This document shows, one piece after another, positions 13,445 to 27,659 of a DNA stretch of 64,000 nt; positions within the stretch are counted from its first letter, which is position 1, and the number at the start of each line of letters is the position of its first letter. The stretch spans positions 153,946,001-154,010,000 of the forward strand of contig JBITNC010000001.1 of assembly GCA_050084985.1 (NCBI GenBank), given 5' to 3'. The position numbers and the translations under genes are program-made. Origin of the DNA: Nageia nagi (Eukaryota; Plantae; Pinophyta). The notes beneath the pieces were generated by a model, which saw only the letters and a list, made by a program, of their open reading frames with translations, was not told the origin of the DNA and searched no databases.

Positions 13445-14405
13445 TGTTGTGGCCGCACAACACACCCCAAGATGCAGCATTTTGGGAACCCAATTTTTGC
13501 AACAGCAATGAGCAACATTGCTTGGGTATGATCAACTTATGACTGGTATGGAGATCCAGAAAGGTCAAATGATCAATCTAACATTTCCAAGGGAAAACTT
13601 GCACCTAGCATGCAAGCCCCTAATTTTGCTCAAAATTCAAAATTTTTGATCCTAAAAGCATGGGAAATCCAATTTTGCACATCATTCATGTTTTAAGTTT
13701 TTCGAAAAAAGTGGATCTACTCCTTCAAAATCCCAAAATTTGGATCAGCCAAGGGGAGAGCTCCAAAATTTTCTGAAGTTCTAAAAAAGTCTCAAAATCA
13801 AAATTGGAAAGAAAGGTAGGGTGCAAAATCCAAATGTAAGCATCTTTACTTCTTGCAAATTTGCTCAAAAACCAATTTTTGACCCCCTTAAAGGTAGGTG
13901 CTGGTTTTGCAAGCTTTCCCCCATTATCCCATTTTTCAAAACTTGCCTAAACTCCTAAGACCTGCGCCTAGCCTCCTTGGTCACTAAAAGTGCCCAAAAT
14001 TGGAATTTTTTGCCTCTATGAGATAGGTGGTGTGATTCTACACCATTTTGACCTATAATTTGTGCAATTTGGTCAACACAAACTCCCAAAAACCATCTTT
14101 TTGCATCCAAATGGGATTCAAGGGCTGAGAAAACTCAAAAAGTTTGGATTTTTTCCTCAAAATTCAAAATCCAAATTTAAAGTGTTGAGGTCGAAGAGCA
14201 TCCAAAGGCCATCACTTTTGCTTCCAAGCATCCCCACATTGCTCCAAATCTGCTGCTTCCACACTTAGGCGTAGGTTTTGGCTTGTTTCCCCATTTTCCT
14301 CCACTTTTCCAACGTTGGGCATGAGAGGGAATGATCCAAAATGCAAAGTTTCAACTTAGGGTTAATTTGGTGTTGACATGTGGCACTATTTTGGACCCCT
14401 AAGTC

Positions 14406-14413
14406 TATAAATA
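14406..14413 (+). promoter_or_regulatory. TATA box upstream of the LTR-internal ORF
   Basis: CTATAAATAC; equivalent boxes at 38808-38815 (-), 51899-51906 (-) and 54717-54724 (+). Confidence 0.6.
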
Positions 14414-15254
14414 CAGCCATACCCCCTCCAATTTTCACCACTCTCATTTTTGCACCCTTATGTTGCCCAAATGTTTGAGAATTTGAGAGCAAAGTGAAAA
14501 AGAAAGCCAACATTCAACCTTGTAGGATATTCTTGAAGACTTGACACCATTTACATTCACCCAAACTCCATTAAAATTAGAAATCCAAGCATCCTCCATT
14601 TACATGAACTCCATTTTTTCAAGTTTTGAGGATTTTTTCACCGAAACCCCATTTTTCAAACTTCAAACACTTGAAAATTTATTTTTCCAGATTTCAAGTT
14701 TGATCACTTTCTTGGATACCCTTTATCCATGTGATCAACTTTTATTTTCAGCAAAAAAACAAAAAGTATATATATGATCCAAGATTTGAGTCCTCAAAAT
14801 CCTCATTTCTTGACAAAAAATCCAATTTTTTTTCAAAAACTCCAAAAATTGGTTTTGAAGTCTTTTTTGGTTGTTTCAAATTTTAAAACACCTTCCCCAC
14901 TCATTCCTCATCCATCTAAGGTGTCGAAACTTGATTCCGGCATCATTTGCCAATTTTGCCACTTTTTCCTATTGAAAAAGTCAACTTTTTTGAGAAAAAA
15001 ATTGAAAATTCTCCAAACATCCTAATTTTTTTCCAAGGCATCCCCCTTTAAGCTACTTACCTTTGTGTCATCCTTAACTCATCCAAAAGGCTTTGAAAAT
15101 TGCAAATTACGACACTTTTTGATGATGGCACATTTAGAGTGAAAAATGCCAAAAAAATATAAATTTTTCAAAGACCTCTCTTTGCTTGCCTAGAAAGTGC
15201 CATAAGCTTCCTAGCACTCTTCAAACTCTTTTTGTTCTCTTAGAGAGGGACACA

Positions 15255-18200
15255 ATGGCATTAGTCGCTCAGAACATCAAAGACAAGAAGTAGAGAAGGC
15301 TCACAATGGACAGTCTCATCATGCTCAAACACACTACAAAGCTAGTGATGCCTGCTGCAAGAATCATTGACCAGTTGAATGAGATCAGGGACACAGATTG
15401 TAACTCCCTCGATCCAATAAAAACTTAAATGAAAATAGAAGCATTGGATCCAGCTTCACTAGTGAAGGACACTTTGAAAACCTCTTTGCTAGTAATAGCT
15501 TCTATGGTGCCATTTGCCACCCCCTTCCCTAAGCTGTGTTATGAGCTAGGAAAGCATTGTGATGTCAAAAAGTGGAGACTCATTGCAGAAGGAATGAGGT
15601 AATTATGGACTTCTTTGAAGAAGGAATAGAGAACGCATTTGCTTGGAAAAATGAAGGCCTATTATACAATGTATAGGACTCCTTAAGGTTATACAAAAGT
15701 ATGAAACCTCCAGCTGATTTGATCAGAGATTGGTTGGCCAATGACCACAAACATATCACAAGAAGAGCCTTAGTAGTGCCAAAAAGAGGAGAGTTCTATC
15801 TAGTAGTCTCCAGATTAATATCTATGCTTTCCAGAGTGATCGGATAGAAAGACGACACCAAATTCTGGTCAGAATTCGTAGGGTTTATAGAACTAATCAG
15901 CAGTGGTAAAGGCATAAGGTGGAGAAGAGTAATTAGTGATTGCCTAGCTTAACAACTGAAAAATATCTAGAAGAGTAGGAAATTCTATATGAAGTTCTAC
16001 TTGGTTCACCTACTCCTTCACAGAAGGGAGAGGGTAATCTCAATCGCTAATACCCAGTATCTTTATCACCCCACACATCTAGTGTGGGAAAACTACCCAC
16101 AATTTTTTGTTCATAACAAATGGAACAATGGAAACTAGAAGATGATGATCGATGGTTTTGAAGGCAAAATTTACAAAGAATCATGGAAGAGCCAATGTAC
16201 TCAAAATATCCAATAAGGCTATTGCCGCTATCAAGGGACATGTGGACTTCTTTATAGAATAGATAGAGTTCACCTACCTAGGGGTCTATGGCTCCAAAGA
16301 AGCCCCTTATAGGCTACCTCATTATGCAAGTGATCACATTATCCTGATGGAATTTTCAAGACACTTGCTAAATTGCACAACAAGGTATGGGTAAAGAAGA
16401 TGGCGACCACTTACCAATTACCTATCGTCATTAGAAATTATGAATGCATCAACTAGAGATAGATTGACATGATTAAACAAGAGCTAGCGTTGTATGAATT
16501 CCCAATCAAAGTAGTTGCAGATCCCTATGATCCCAATAGAGTGATTGATGTATTTTTCCAAAAGACATGGAGCTCATCATATCCACACCAATACCTTGGT
16601 AGCATTGAGAGGTACAAGAATATTCAAGATGCCCTGCAAGTTCAACGGATTCATAGGGAGCTGAAAAAAGAACAAAAACAACATGAAGCCGAAGAAGCTG
16701 CCAGGTTAAGGGCCAATGCATAAGTCTTCATACCCCCAAGCCATGGGTATGTTATTCCCATAATATCCCCTTCAGTAATCCTAGCTCAAGGATAGAATGG
16801 GCAATATGCTACCAATAGCATCCCCTAAAAAACAATTGAAACATCTATCACGGGACGAGGAATGAAATCCTGGACCTCAGAAGAGCAGGTCTGATCTCTT
16901 AGTCATTCAAACGCTTGCAGAAAAAGATAAATCTCCTACAAGGTTTGAATCAAAATGGTGTGCACCTAAATCAAAACCCTAACACAACATCATCTAGTTT
17001 TGATAAATATGGATCGAGTGACTTGTCGAAGTCCAATGAAGAGATGGATCTTTCTGCAATCATCAACACCAACATGGAGATAAACCAATATATCGCCTTT
17101 GATAGGGTCGAAACTAATCATTCAATAGAAATCTTTAATGAGAGGAATCTCGTAGTTGATATGATTGTACAACAAGCAGCAAGAGCAGGTACCCCAAATG
17201 CTACCATCTTGGAGGACTACGACAACAACAGCATAGAAGGGTACTTCAAGACCTAGGACAATGGCATCATCTTTAGGGGAAGATGGTGGAAATCAAGAGG
17301 ATGAGAGAGAAAATGAAGAATAGAGGAGAAAAAGAAGACAAGTAGAGCATGACATTGAGATCCTTGAAGACGAAGAGATGGCTCCCTATAGAAAACAACC
17401 CATGGAACCCTACTTCAATATGGCTGCAGTGATGGCTAATTTAAGTTCAACTCAATCCTACAAATCCTGCAAAGGAGAAGATTCTGAAGATGAAAATGAG
17501 AAACATCAACAGATTGATACTCTCACCACCACTGTAGGTAAATTCACCTACAAGAACAAGCTCTACTCCAAAAAGAACAAGGCTGGTACCAAAAAGTTCA
17601 CCCTCATAGTTGAAACAAAAGAGGCCCCTATAGAGATTATTGGCCCAATGGGAATGGAGCACAACATCATCACAAATGCATGGGTATTGAGGGAATCTAG
17701 TACCCTATTAAAGCTAGAGATCTGGGAGCTGAAGAAGAAAGTGGCAAACTTGGAAATGATCGACAAAGAAGTCAAGGTTGCCAATTTGATAATTGAAGAC
17801 ATCAAAAAATAGGTTGACTTAAATACTAGAATCACTGCTCTGAAACAAGGATGGACCAAGGACCTTATTGAGGCTATCAAAGCACTCCACTCAAGCATGG
17901 TAAATTTTTATATTGAGGAGGGGGGGTCACATTCTCAAGTAGAGAAAATAGACCAGTTGATCATCAGGTGGAAGAGTGGGTACCCTACAATGTTCGAGTT
18001 AGGAAGAAGGGCAACCCATCATCCTTTCCTGTTAGATTTTTGCATAGATTGGTTCCAATTGTATGATTATTTGTTCTACATCAAAGCCAAGTCCACTAAT
18101 TTCATATACATTGAAACTCAACTCAAAGCCATCATCAGTGAATAGGCAAGGGAATACAAATTCCAGGTACCTTTGTTTGAGGAGAATGGTAGCATTAAGG

Positions 18201-18528
18201 AGTATATGATAGTAATGACAATGATCCATGCCACTATTGCAAAGCAGCTATGTCTCGAGGATCCACACAGCCTAAAGACATGGAAACAAATGACAAGAGG
18301 GATGAGATTGGCCGATTGGTGCAAGAAAATGGTCAAACCAATAAGGCCATCCTAGAGCACCTACTATCAAATGAAGGAGCCCTCCAAACAATCCACCATG
18401 CCATCAAGAATGTAGAAACATTCATGGAAGATGACTTTGAAGCCAAAATTGCCACAAAACGTGCAAGTCATCTTCTCATAATCGCCAAAATAAAAAGGGG
18501 TCTATTTTGGCTAGTTTTCGATATGTAA
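15255..18528 (+). pseudogene. LTR-internal ORF copy 1 (~1000 codons, unknown function, degenerate)
   Basis: IRDTDCNSLDP, PFATPFPKLC, VIMDF..GIENAFAW, GKGIRWRRVISD, RKFYMKFYLVHLLLH, YGSKEAPYRLP; includes ORF fragments 16469-18528; homologous to copies 2 and 3. Confidence 0.8.
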
Positions 18529-19675
18529 GCCAAATATTTGGCCAACTTAGTGGGTTTCCACTAAGTCCAATTGTAATCTTAATTAGCATTTTCAATTAGT
18601 CTGTAAATAGTTGTTAAGTGTTGCAATTAGGGTTAGGGTTTTGTCAGGACTTCATTCTAAAGCAAAACACTTCAAGCTTGAAGAGAGAGCTATTTTGTGA
18701 ATTGAGAGCTTAATGTAAATCTTGGCACCTTCTTTTTCAAAATCTAATACAAAGTGGTTAATGCAAAGACTTGAGTTTGACACTTTTCATATTGATGTTA
18801 TGGATTGATTCTTTTAGGGCACTCATAGTGGGTTTGTGTACTTTCGTTTTATTCCTTTGAAAGCTCTCGAGCATTAGGAAAATTATCTCTGAAAAACTTT
18901 AAAAAGTACTTGAAGCTTACCTATGTTTGTTGCTTGATCTTTAACATGCAAGTTGATTGGGTATTCTATGTTAGTTTCTACTTCTATGACATCTTGTTAG
19001 GTCCTTCATCCAAAACCATGATCCTCCCACTTTGAGCACTTCCCATTTTCCATTCAATTGCATCGATCCTATTCATAGAGAACTGAAAATTGGTGTTCTT
19101 CCCCTTTCCTCTTTGAAGCAATTCGAATGCTAAGTTGTTTGCTTTTAAGGTTGGATGAAGAGTCCTTAATCAATTCGGAAGATATAAAACTCTTAGACAC
19201 TTTCCCTTCAGTGAACCTCAAACCCATATCCGACCAAGTATCCTTTCTTTCTCCAAGGTGTTGTCCTTCCCCTTTTACAGTATTGCCTTTATGCTTTCTT
19301 TATGCGTTGATACCCAAATATGATCATTAAGTACACACACAAAAGTTTCGAATAAACTTTATACATCAAAGAATAAAACATCGTTGGCTAATAGACTACA
19401 TACCTCTCATTCCATTCCATTGAGGTTGATTCCAAGGAGGGATATTGCACTTTTATTTATCTATTCGTATTCAGAAAACACACTTAATGGACATACCTTA
19501 CAACATCACAACGTTGGGGTCATTGGGCAAGGTGTTTCAACAAGAGCCTTGGAGGTACACAGTTCTTTTCAATCGGGGGAATTGGTAATGCATTCCCAAC
19601 TATGTTACTTGGGTTCTCCTAAGTTCCATGTGCGATATTTCAATGTCCCACATGGGAAAGAAAAGCATCCCAATA

Positions 19676-19940
19676 GAAAACAACATTGCAAAACAAGCTT
19701 GAAGAACCTCATAGTTCAAAGGGTGATCAACTCCCTTGTTTGCAAATTCTACAAAGAATTTTGCAAGGCAATGTGGCTTTGTAGGTAAATGGTGGTGTCA
19801 TTTGTGTTTGTACAACATTCTTATCTGGGAAGCCTTCTACACAACTTAGATCACAAGTGTTGCAACGATTAATTGTTTCCTTGCTAGAGTTCATGGTCAT
19901 CCGTAAGTGAGCTATTCGAGTTCATTCTAGGATGATTGGG
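19676..19940 (+). pseudogene. SPK1: SPIKE1 C-terminal fragment, part 2
   Basis: TLQNKLEEPHSSKGDQLPCLQILQRILQGNVAL*VNGGVICVCTTFLSGKPSTQLRSQVLQRLIVSLLEFMVIRK*AIRVHSRMIG continues part 1 in frame once the LTR is removed. Confidence 0.88.
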
Positions 19941-20246
19941 AAGTTACCACCTAGCAACAAGATTCACAATGTGTTTCATGTTTCTTTCTTGAAGAAAGCC
20001 CTTGGATAGCACATTGTACCTTCTCCAAATTTACCCCATCTTGACGAGGAAGGGGAATTGATATCGATACTTGAAACCATCATGGACACTAGGGAGAAGC
20101 AATTATGGAATAGGATCATTAGTAAATACTTGGTGAAGTGGAAGGGATTTCTAGTTGAAGATGTAACTTGGGAAGGAGCTGAAATCCTTACACATCCAAC
20201 CCTGAATTGCTTAGGGACAAGCAATTCAAGAGGGGCGGACTTGTAA
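19941..20246 (+). pseudogene. Chromovirus integrase tail/chromodomain remnant with PPT
   Basis: LPPSNKIHNVFHVSFLKKALG...KYLVKWKG..EDVTW; colinear with 1590-1894. Confidence 0.85.
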
Positions 20247-20780
20247 TGTCCACAATTTTGGTGTCTCACTCATTTTTGCATTGTAATGTTTTATTTGGGC
20301 CACTTGGAGTGGGACACCCCTCTTCTAGGAGTCATTAGGAGTAACTTTAGTAGTAAGGAATGATTTTTGATATTTTTAAATAATAATGGGACTTTTTTTG
20401 TATTTTGATGTAATAATGTACTTGGAGATCTCAAATTTGTAATCCCAAAGTGGGATGCCTAGCGTAACAATATAAAATGAGATCCCAAAATATGTAATTT
20501 TTAATTCCAAGGTGAAATTAGAGCCCTCCAGATGGGCTGATTTATCACCCAATGATGGGACATCCAACTATAAAGGCAAGGGGCACTCCACTCCAAGATA
20601 TTCGTTCAAAGACTTTTCTACTTCTTTTTGAGAGATCGGATGGATCTGCTCATTCCTCCACCTCCTATGGATAGAAACTTGTAGGAGTAAACCTTGAGGA
20701 TGAAAACCATTGAGTCTTCCATTGGTGGATCCATCCAAGGTTCACACTTGAGCTTTAGTGATACTTTGATATTTAGATTT
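20242..20780 (+). mobile_element. Truncated chromovirus 3' LTR
   Basis: TGTAATGTCC after PPT GAGGGGCGGA; TATAAAGG near 20569; right end joined to an unrelated gag tail. Confidence 0.6.
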
Positions 20781-20782
20781 GC

Positions 20783-23700
20783 ACATTGGGGAAGGGACAG
20801 GTGCACTATATTGAGGTGTTTTCATGGAGTCGGAGGACTCAAATTTGGAGTTAGGAGTGATGTGGAGGATGAAGGATCACCACGAATGGAGGGCACTCTT
20901 GGGAGCATGATTGCTTCACTCCATGGAGTGAAGAAGTACAGGATGTGATGATATTGATAGATTCTAGAGCATCCCACAACTTCATTGATTCTGTTTTTGC
21001 AGAACGGAAGAGCTTGAAGACCAAGGTTGTGATGCCTCATTTGGACCATTAAGAAAATGTGTCATGGTCACATTGTAATCTAGTGTTTGTTTATGGTCAT
21101 GTGTACTTATGTAACTCAAGCAGGAGCTTATGGTCTATGGACCCCACTGTAAATGCAGAAATGGGATGTCTCCCCTTGAGTAGTGATGTGTTATGTGTAT
21201 GGGTAATCCCAGAATGTGGGAATCCCAATGTAGTGTTGTGTGTATGGGTAATCCCGGATTGTGGGAATCCCTATAACATCCTCTTTTAGAAGATAGAGTT
21301 TGCACAGGTCTTGAAGAGTTGATATGATTGGTTCTTTGGATAGGGCATCTCGTGGGCAATGTTTTGATAGGTCACACGGCATGGTTTCATCAAGGGACAA
21401 AGGAGTTATAGGATCTTTAAGTTTGACAGTCGGACCAATCTTGCACTTCGTGGCCGCCCATGGAAATCTATGAACAACTCTATATTGACCCCTTGAAATG
21501 TGACATCCCACTCCTTGGGATGTACGTATGCTGTGATGTGTATTCAATGCATGTAGCAATAGTAATGGGACCATTTGTCTAAGCTATAATGCATGATTCT
21601 AAGGCGTTCCATATCTAGCCATTGGATCTTGTGATTACGGGTATCCCTAGGCAACATTGGAATAGAAAGGCATGCGCACGATTCCTAGGTGAGATCTAGG
21701 AGAGACTATATATTGAGGATGGAGCTCCATGATAGAGTTAGCAATTGATTATACTTCTTCTATACTGAACTCAATTGGGCTTTCAAGTCTTGGCAGTGCT
21801 GAGCATTATTCCTAGACGACGTCTAGAGGAGTGACAAGGTTGGGAGCCTAGCATTCTACGACTTAGGTGGGTCACCTAGTCCATCCAATGGTATTCCGAG
21901 GGAAACCTTCTACCTTCATTGGTTGCCAGGGTTCAAGGGGGCTCCTTTGCAGGAGAAGATTCGGAGTCTTAGGGAGTGAGTCTTTCTTGTGGATGTTGAT
22001 ATCCTCATTGTACTCCATTGTTATTCCATGATATAATATAGCTTGTGTCTCTCTCATCATTGTGTTGTTCCCTTTGTATGCATGCGTTGTGATATACTGG
22101 TGTTGGAGGCTTGTTTTGGGTCAATAATGTGGTGTGGCCCCATTGCGGGTATTTCTATGTTGTCCATTGTTGTTGTGTTGCATTCGTGTGGTTAGCTTAG
22201 TGCTAGAGAGGCCCTAGGGGCTGACTTCAGCTTTGTGGGATCATTGTTTGCTATGGTGTGTAGTCTGGAAGACCTAGGAGGCCCACTTTGGTGCATTGAG
22301 GTGTTTATATGCCCTAGAGGGCAATCATTGGGTGCTTGAGAGTTATAGAAGCCCTAGCTTGGTTCATTTTTGCTGAGGGTGATTTTAGATCATCATAAAG
22401 GTGTTTGAGGGATTTCGAGTTTCCGATGCCAATGGGAAACTCACCTTGGTTGATCACATTTTGGAGCGGTTTGGAGTTAGGTTGCAGAGCTATGTGGTGA
22501 GAGAGGACTTCTACATTTCCCCTTTTAAGGGGCATCCTCACATCATTCTTGGAGTGCAGTGGTTATTTGACTTGGGTGACATTCATACCAACTATCAAAA
22601 GCTCACCATGAGTTTCGAGATAGATGGTAAGACCCATACTTTGCAAGGAATTCGAGATGGTTGTCCATAGGTGGACAAAAAGCAGTTAGAGGTGATCGAG
22701 TGGTGTTAGTAGAAGGACGCTAAAGAAGGGATCATGTTGCAGTAGAAGGAGCCATGAGGGGCTACATTAGGTCATGGCAGAGCTAGGACCCTAACTTTGG
22801 ATAGTCAAAGGGTCTTTCACCCCACGTTGGGCTCATGGGAGCATCTCCACCCCACGTTGGACTCACTGGAGGTATGTTAACTCAATTTGGGCATTCAGGT
22901 GCCTTTCCCACCCATGTTGAGCAGATTGAGGGGTAGCCATCCCACATTGAATACTTGAGAGGTTGGTCTTTCCATGTTGGGCATACAAGAGGATTGGAAC
23001 CCATGTTGAGGCTTGGGGAGGCTAGGATTATTGTTTGGAGATGTCATGTTGAAGGGCACCCCACGTTGAGGCTTGAGGGATCTAGGATTGCTGATTGGAG
23101 GTATCAGGATGGTGAGTACCCATCATTGGACTTGAGGGAGGTTGCATTCCCCTAATGGAGGTTTCAGGAGCTGGAGGTTGAGATGATTTCTTGCCCCCCA
23201 TTGGCTGTGAGGAGCTTGAGAGGTCTTAAGTGGAGTTTGGAAGAGATACTGCTCCCTAGAGGGAGCCTAGGCTCTACTTGTTCCATGTTAACATTCATAT
23301 TTCTCAGGGTTTTGCAGGTACAGTACAGACTAAGTGTGCACACACTTCCTTGGCTATGGAGGATCTTCACTGAGTATTTGCTGAGAAGTGACAGCTATAG
23401 CAGATTAGAGAGTCTACCACTTGTATTGAGCCAGGAGCATGGAGCTCCAACTATTCACTTCTCACCATCATATGGTATGAGGCATATTAAGGTTGCCTTC
23501 CACCATCATGTGCTTTGGATGACAATTCTTGATGATGGATGGGAGACTAGATGCTATGATCTCTTACGATTGCTTGAGGGCAAGCAATTCAAGAGGGGAG
23601 GCTTTGTGACGTCCCCCTTGTACTTTTAATGGGACAAGTATGGTCACCTTGTACTATATCTATTTGATGTATTTGCATTTACCTTGTTGTAACTTAGGAT

Positions 23701-24855
23701 AGGAGGTTAATGGGTCATGTGGACACTATGAGCCCCAAGTGGGACGTCTCCCTCCTGAGTAGTAGATTAGGCATGTTTGGCATTGGAGATCCCAGGTTGT
23801 GGGAATCCCAAGGTATGTTTATGCATTTGTGAGCTGGACAGCTACTAGCATGCTAGCACCACACTGGGGAGGGCCCCATACCCCCATGTTGGCTCTTGAG
23901 TACTCTAGGACCCCCACATTAGCACTCTAAGTGCTAGGGACCCCACTGGCACTTTAAGTGGTCATGACCCCCACGTTGGCACATTAGATGATTATGACCC
24001 CCACGTTGGCACTTTAAGTGATTGGGCCCCCAAATACCCAACATTGGATTAGATGGGCCTGGGATGACTCCCAGGTGAGCTCCAGACACAAGCAATGTAT
24101 AAATAGACGTTGGAGCTTCAGTATTGGACAGCTATTGATTATTGTTACACTTACTACAGACCTTTGAGAACAAGTTTAGCGATGCTAAGCAATTCATTCC
24201 TAGGCGGACTGTCTAGAGGGTAGTCAGGTAGTGGGATCCTGATTATCTATGACATAAGTGGAGCACTTGCCCATCTGATGGTATTTCGAGGAGTTACTTC
24301 TACCTTCAGTGGCTCACTAGGTATCGAGGAGGGCTCCTTCAATGGAGAGGATTCAGGATTTGAGGAAGTAAGTCTATCTCATGGTTCTATAGTTGTCCAA
24401 TGTTGGAGAGATCGAATTGTTGTGCCCTAGTTGGCTCCCTTGAGGCCAACGATTTCCCATTGGGCATTGGTATTGTATTTACTATCATTGAATATCATTT
24501 GTATAGCCAAGAGGCACTCGGATATCATGTATGTGTTGTAATGCTTCATCTTGTGCACGCGTTGGATCTATATGGTTGTGTATGCTTGTAATTACAATGT
24601 GATTGCATTATGATGTGTTGTTGATCAGATTATGCTTGTAAAGGCCAGACATTGGCTATTAGACATTGTATTCATTGGTATATGCTTGTATGTGCTTAAC
24701 ATTGGTATTTTTGGTATCTAAATGTTGAATGCCCTAACCCTAACATTGCATGTATGAGGGTTTGATTGTGTATTGTGGATGCCCTAGACCTGACATCAAG
24801 GTTTGATGGTCCTGCAATGCTAGTTTTTGTCTGGTATTAAATTTGGATCATCACA
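20783..24855 (+). mobile_element. 3' part of a non-autonomous Gag-PR element: gag end, protease, non-pol spacer, PPT, 3' LTR 23605-24855
   Basis: GKGQVHYIEV, HPHIILGVQWL; no RT motifs; PPT AAGAGGGGAGG; LTR TGTGACGTCCCC...GGATCATCACA. Confidence 0.85.
21028..22397 (+). mobile_element. Solo LTR (1370 bp) inserted in the protease region
   Basis: TGTGATGCC...GATCATCATA; perfect TSD AAGGT; same family as 43384-44601 and 61115-62312. Confidence 0.9.
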
Positions 24856-25426
24856 AGCTTTTAGCCCCTTTAATGCTTCTAATGATTCAGCCATGATTCT
24901 TTTGACTATTCATCCATGATGATTCTACCAAATGTTGGGATGGAAATCTTTCCTCTTATATAGCACATCATCAAAGGTAGTCAGATGGGAAAGAAACCCA
25001 ACATCAGATGAGATAGCGTTACTTATCTCCTCTTATAAGGACTGATACCTCAAGATTTCTTTAGAAAGTTTGCATTGCTATGGCAAACTTAAATTGTTTA
25101 AGTCTTGTTCGGGAATTAGGTCAATGGTGTAGTAGAGGAAATGGCCATCAACTCACTTTTTTTATAGGGAATGAGGTGTTTGTATGCAAAGTTCAAAAGT
25201 TGTTTTGGATTTTAAAAAAGTGAAAAATAAAGAAAAGTAAAAGATGAGAATGAGGCGATACTTGGCTAGATTTCAAAGAAATTAATCACACTGCAACATT
25301 GTCTAATTTATCTTTCTTTCAAATTGGTTTAGGAAGTCCCATTCAATTCATCAAGCTTTGAGACAAATAACTATTTTCCAAATTATTTCAAAGAAGAGCA
25401 AAAAGAAAAGCTAATTGTCGGAATTT

Positions 25427-26595
25427 CGTGATGCCCCCTTCAAGTATTGTAATTAGTTCTGGAATCCAACGGATTCCCTCTTTGTACATATTTAATTATT
25501 TTATTATGTTTTACTAGTTAGGACTTGGGATAGAAGATATAAAGGTCTATTGGACCCCATTGTGAGCCTCAAGTGGGATGTCTCCCTCCCAAGTGTAGTT
25601 TAGTGTGACTTATTGTACTTGGAGATCCTGAAATATGATTGTGGGAATCTCAAGGTCTATTAAGCACTTAGAGCATGGATAATCACTTAATGGCCCCAAT
25701 GTTGAGATTGGGAGCACTTGTACACATGCACTAGCCTTAGGGAGACTTCTAGACTCATGACACCAACACATCCCCTAGCTTCCCACACATGCCTCTTTGA
25801 CCCACGCATGCATCCTTAGGCTCACATTGAGATTGAGGACCCATGAAGAGCATGAGGGAGGCCCAAATACCCACGTTGGGCTTGGAATGACTCCTAGGTG
25901 CCATCATTGGGGTTTGAAGGGCTAGGTGATGACTTTGAGGTGAGATCCAGATCCAGTGAGAGCTATATTAGCCCTCGGAGCATCATTGTTGGATATACAA
26001 ATATTGATTATTACATATACCGTCCAAAGGAAAAAATTCTTGGCATAGAGTCAAGTAACATCCCTAGGTGAAGCATCTAGGAGGGTTAATTGGCTGAGGG
26101 ATCTTGTTGATCTACAACTTTGGTGTAGCACCTTAGTCCATTCTATGGCCTTCCAAGGTCACACTTCTACCATTCAGTTGGTCTCTAGGGTTTGGAGAGA
26201 GCTCCTTCGATGGAGAGGATTCAGATTTTGAGGGAGTGAGGCTGTCCCATTCAGTGTTCCATCCATCTAGAGTTGAGCATATTCATTACGCCCTAGTTGG
26301 CTCCTTAGAGGCCAATGTTGAGCCCTGTGGGACTAGTATTGTATCTTTGTTCATCATATATCTTTAATACAAGCTGTGGGCTATTGGATCTCATACTCTA
26401 TTGTGCACTTGTCTATATTTGCAACATTATGGTGCTTTTGATCATTCATACATGTTGTAGCCAGACATTGGCATTATTGTGTTGTGTAGATTTGTATTTG
26501 ATACCCTAACCCTAACGTTGGCATATTGAGGTGTTGAATGCTTGTAATTGCCCTTCTAGGCCAGATGTGAGTTGCTTGGTTAAGTGAATTTTCTT
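25427..26595 (+). mobile_element. LTR of the ~1.2-kb group nested in the Tat LTR
   Basis: (C/T)GTGATGCCCCC start and shared GGACCCCATTGTGAGCC motif; right end and TSD unclear. Confidence 0.7.
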
Positions 26596-27659
26596 AATTG
26601 TTTGTGAAATTGTATTTGGGAATCTATAATTGACAATCAAAAGAACTTAGTGAAGGACACACAAATGGATAGGTTTTGAACAAGAAGTCTAATTAGATGT
26701 CATAAAAGAAAGGCAATTCATAATGCTTGACATTTAAACATTCAAACTATGGATTAGCAACAATTCGGAATGATTCAAAGATTTTAAAGTATTTTCAACA
26801 ATTTCTTCTAAAACTCATGAGTTTTCAAAGAGAAGCACAAAAATATTCAAATCATCACAAAAAGATCTTAAAGATCAATCCTCAACTCCAATTGATGATA
26901 AATCCACTTTAATCAATATGTAGCCACTTCTATTAACTACATAAAGGAGTTATGCAATAATACATCAATTTGCTCACTATTACAAAAAAAAATCAATTTT
27001 CATGAAATTTGGTTTTTTCTTACACAAGCATTCTGCCATAAATGAGACTCCCTAGGGTCTATTTATATACTTTTAAGGGAGCAAAATTGAGTGTTTCCCT
27101 AAATCTAACCTAATTGAAATTTAAATAGTAGGAGTAAAAAACTCATCCTATCCACCATATAAGCTATATACACTGAAGATTGAGCCTTTTGCAATGGATT
27201 TTGAGCTTGTTTTGAATCTCCACCATCTTTAAGCAACTTTTTTTATTAAAATGTGGATTCAACCTGCATTTGGATGTTCTTGGCAAACTTTGAAGCAATT
27301 TGGTGAGGAGTTTTTGGAAAAGTGGATTTTTGGTCTAAATTCTTGAAAATGAGGGGTGATTTTGGAATTTTTTTAAAAAGTGCCCGGATAGATCCAATAA
27401 GGCCATGGAGGGATAGGTGGTGGATCTTGAAGGTATTTAAGATCTGTTTGAGGGATTTTAGGGCTTGGAATCAAATTTTGAGCTTTTGAGCACTTTGGTG
27501 TAAAATTGGGTTTAGTGCCTAAGTGTGGTGCTCAAGTTTGGTGCTCAAATGCTAAAGTATTCAAGTTTTGGTTCTCAAATGTGCTTTTGGTGTATTCTGC
27601 ATGCCAGGTAGCCTCATTTGATCACTCCCCAAGGTACATTTTGCATGCCAAATAGGCCC

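Larger units (their letters stand above)
13445..19675 (+). mobile_element. Tat-type solo LTR (6.2 kb) containing a long ORF
   Basis: TGTTGTGGCCGCACAACA...GGGAAAGAAAAGCATCCCAATA; TSD GATAA/GAAAA; cleanly splits the SPK1 reading frame. Confidence 0.88.

Noticed and set aside
18627-18638. TTAGGGTTAGGG telomere-like motif
   Set aside because: Only two units; common in plant LTRs
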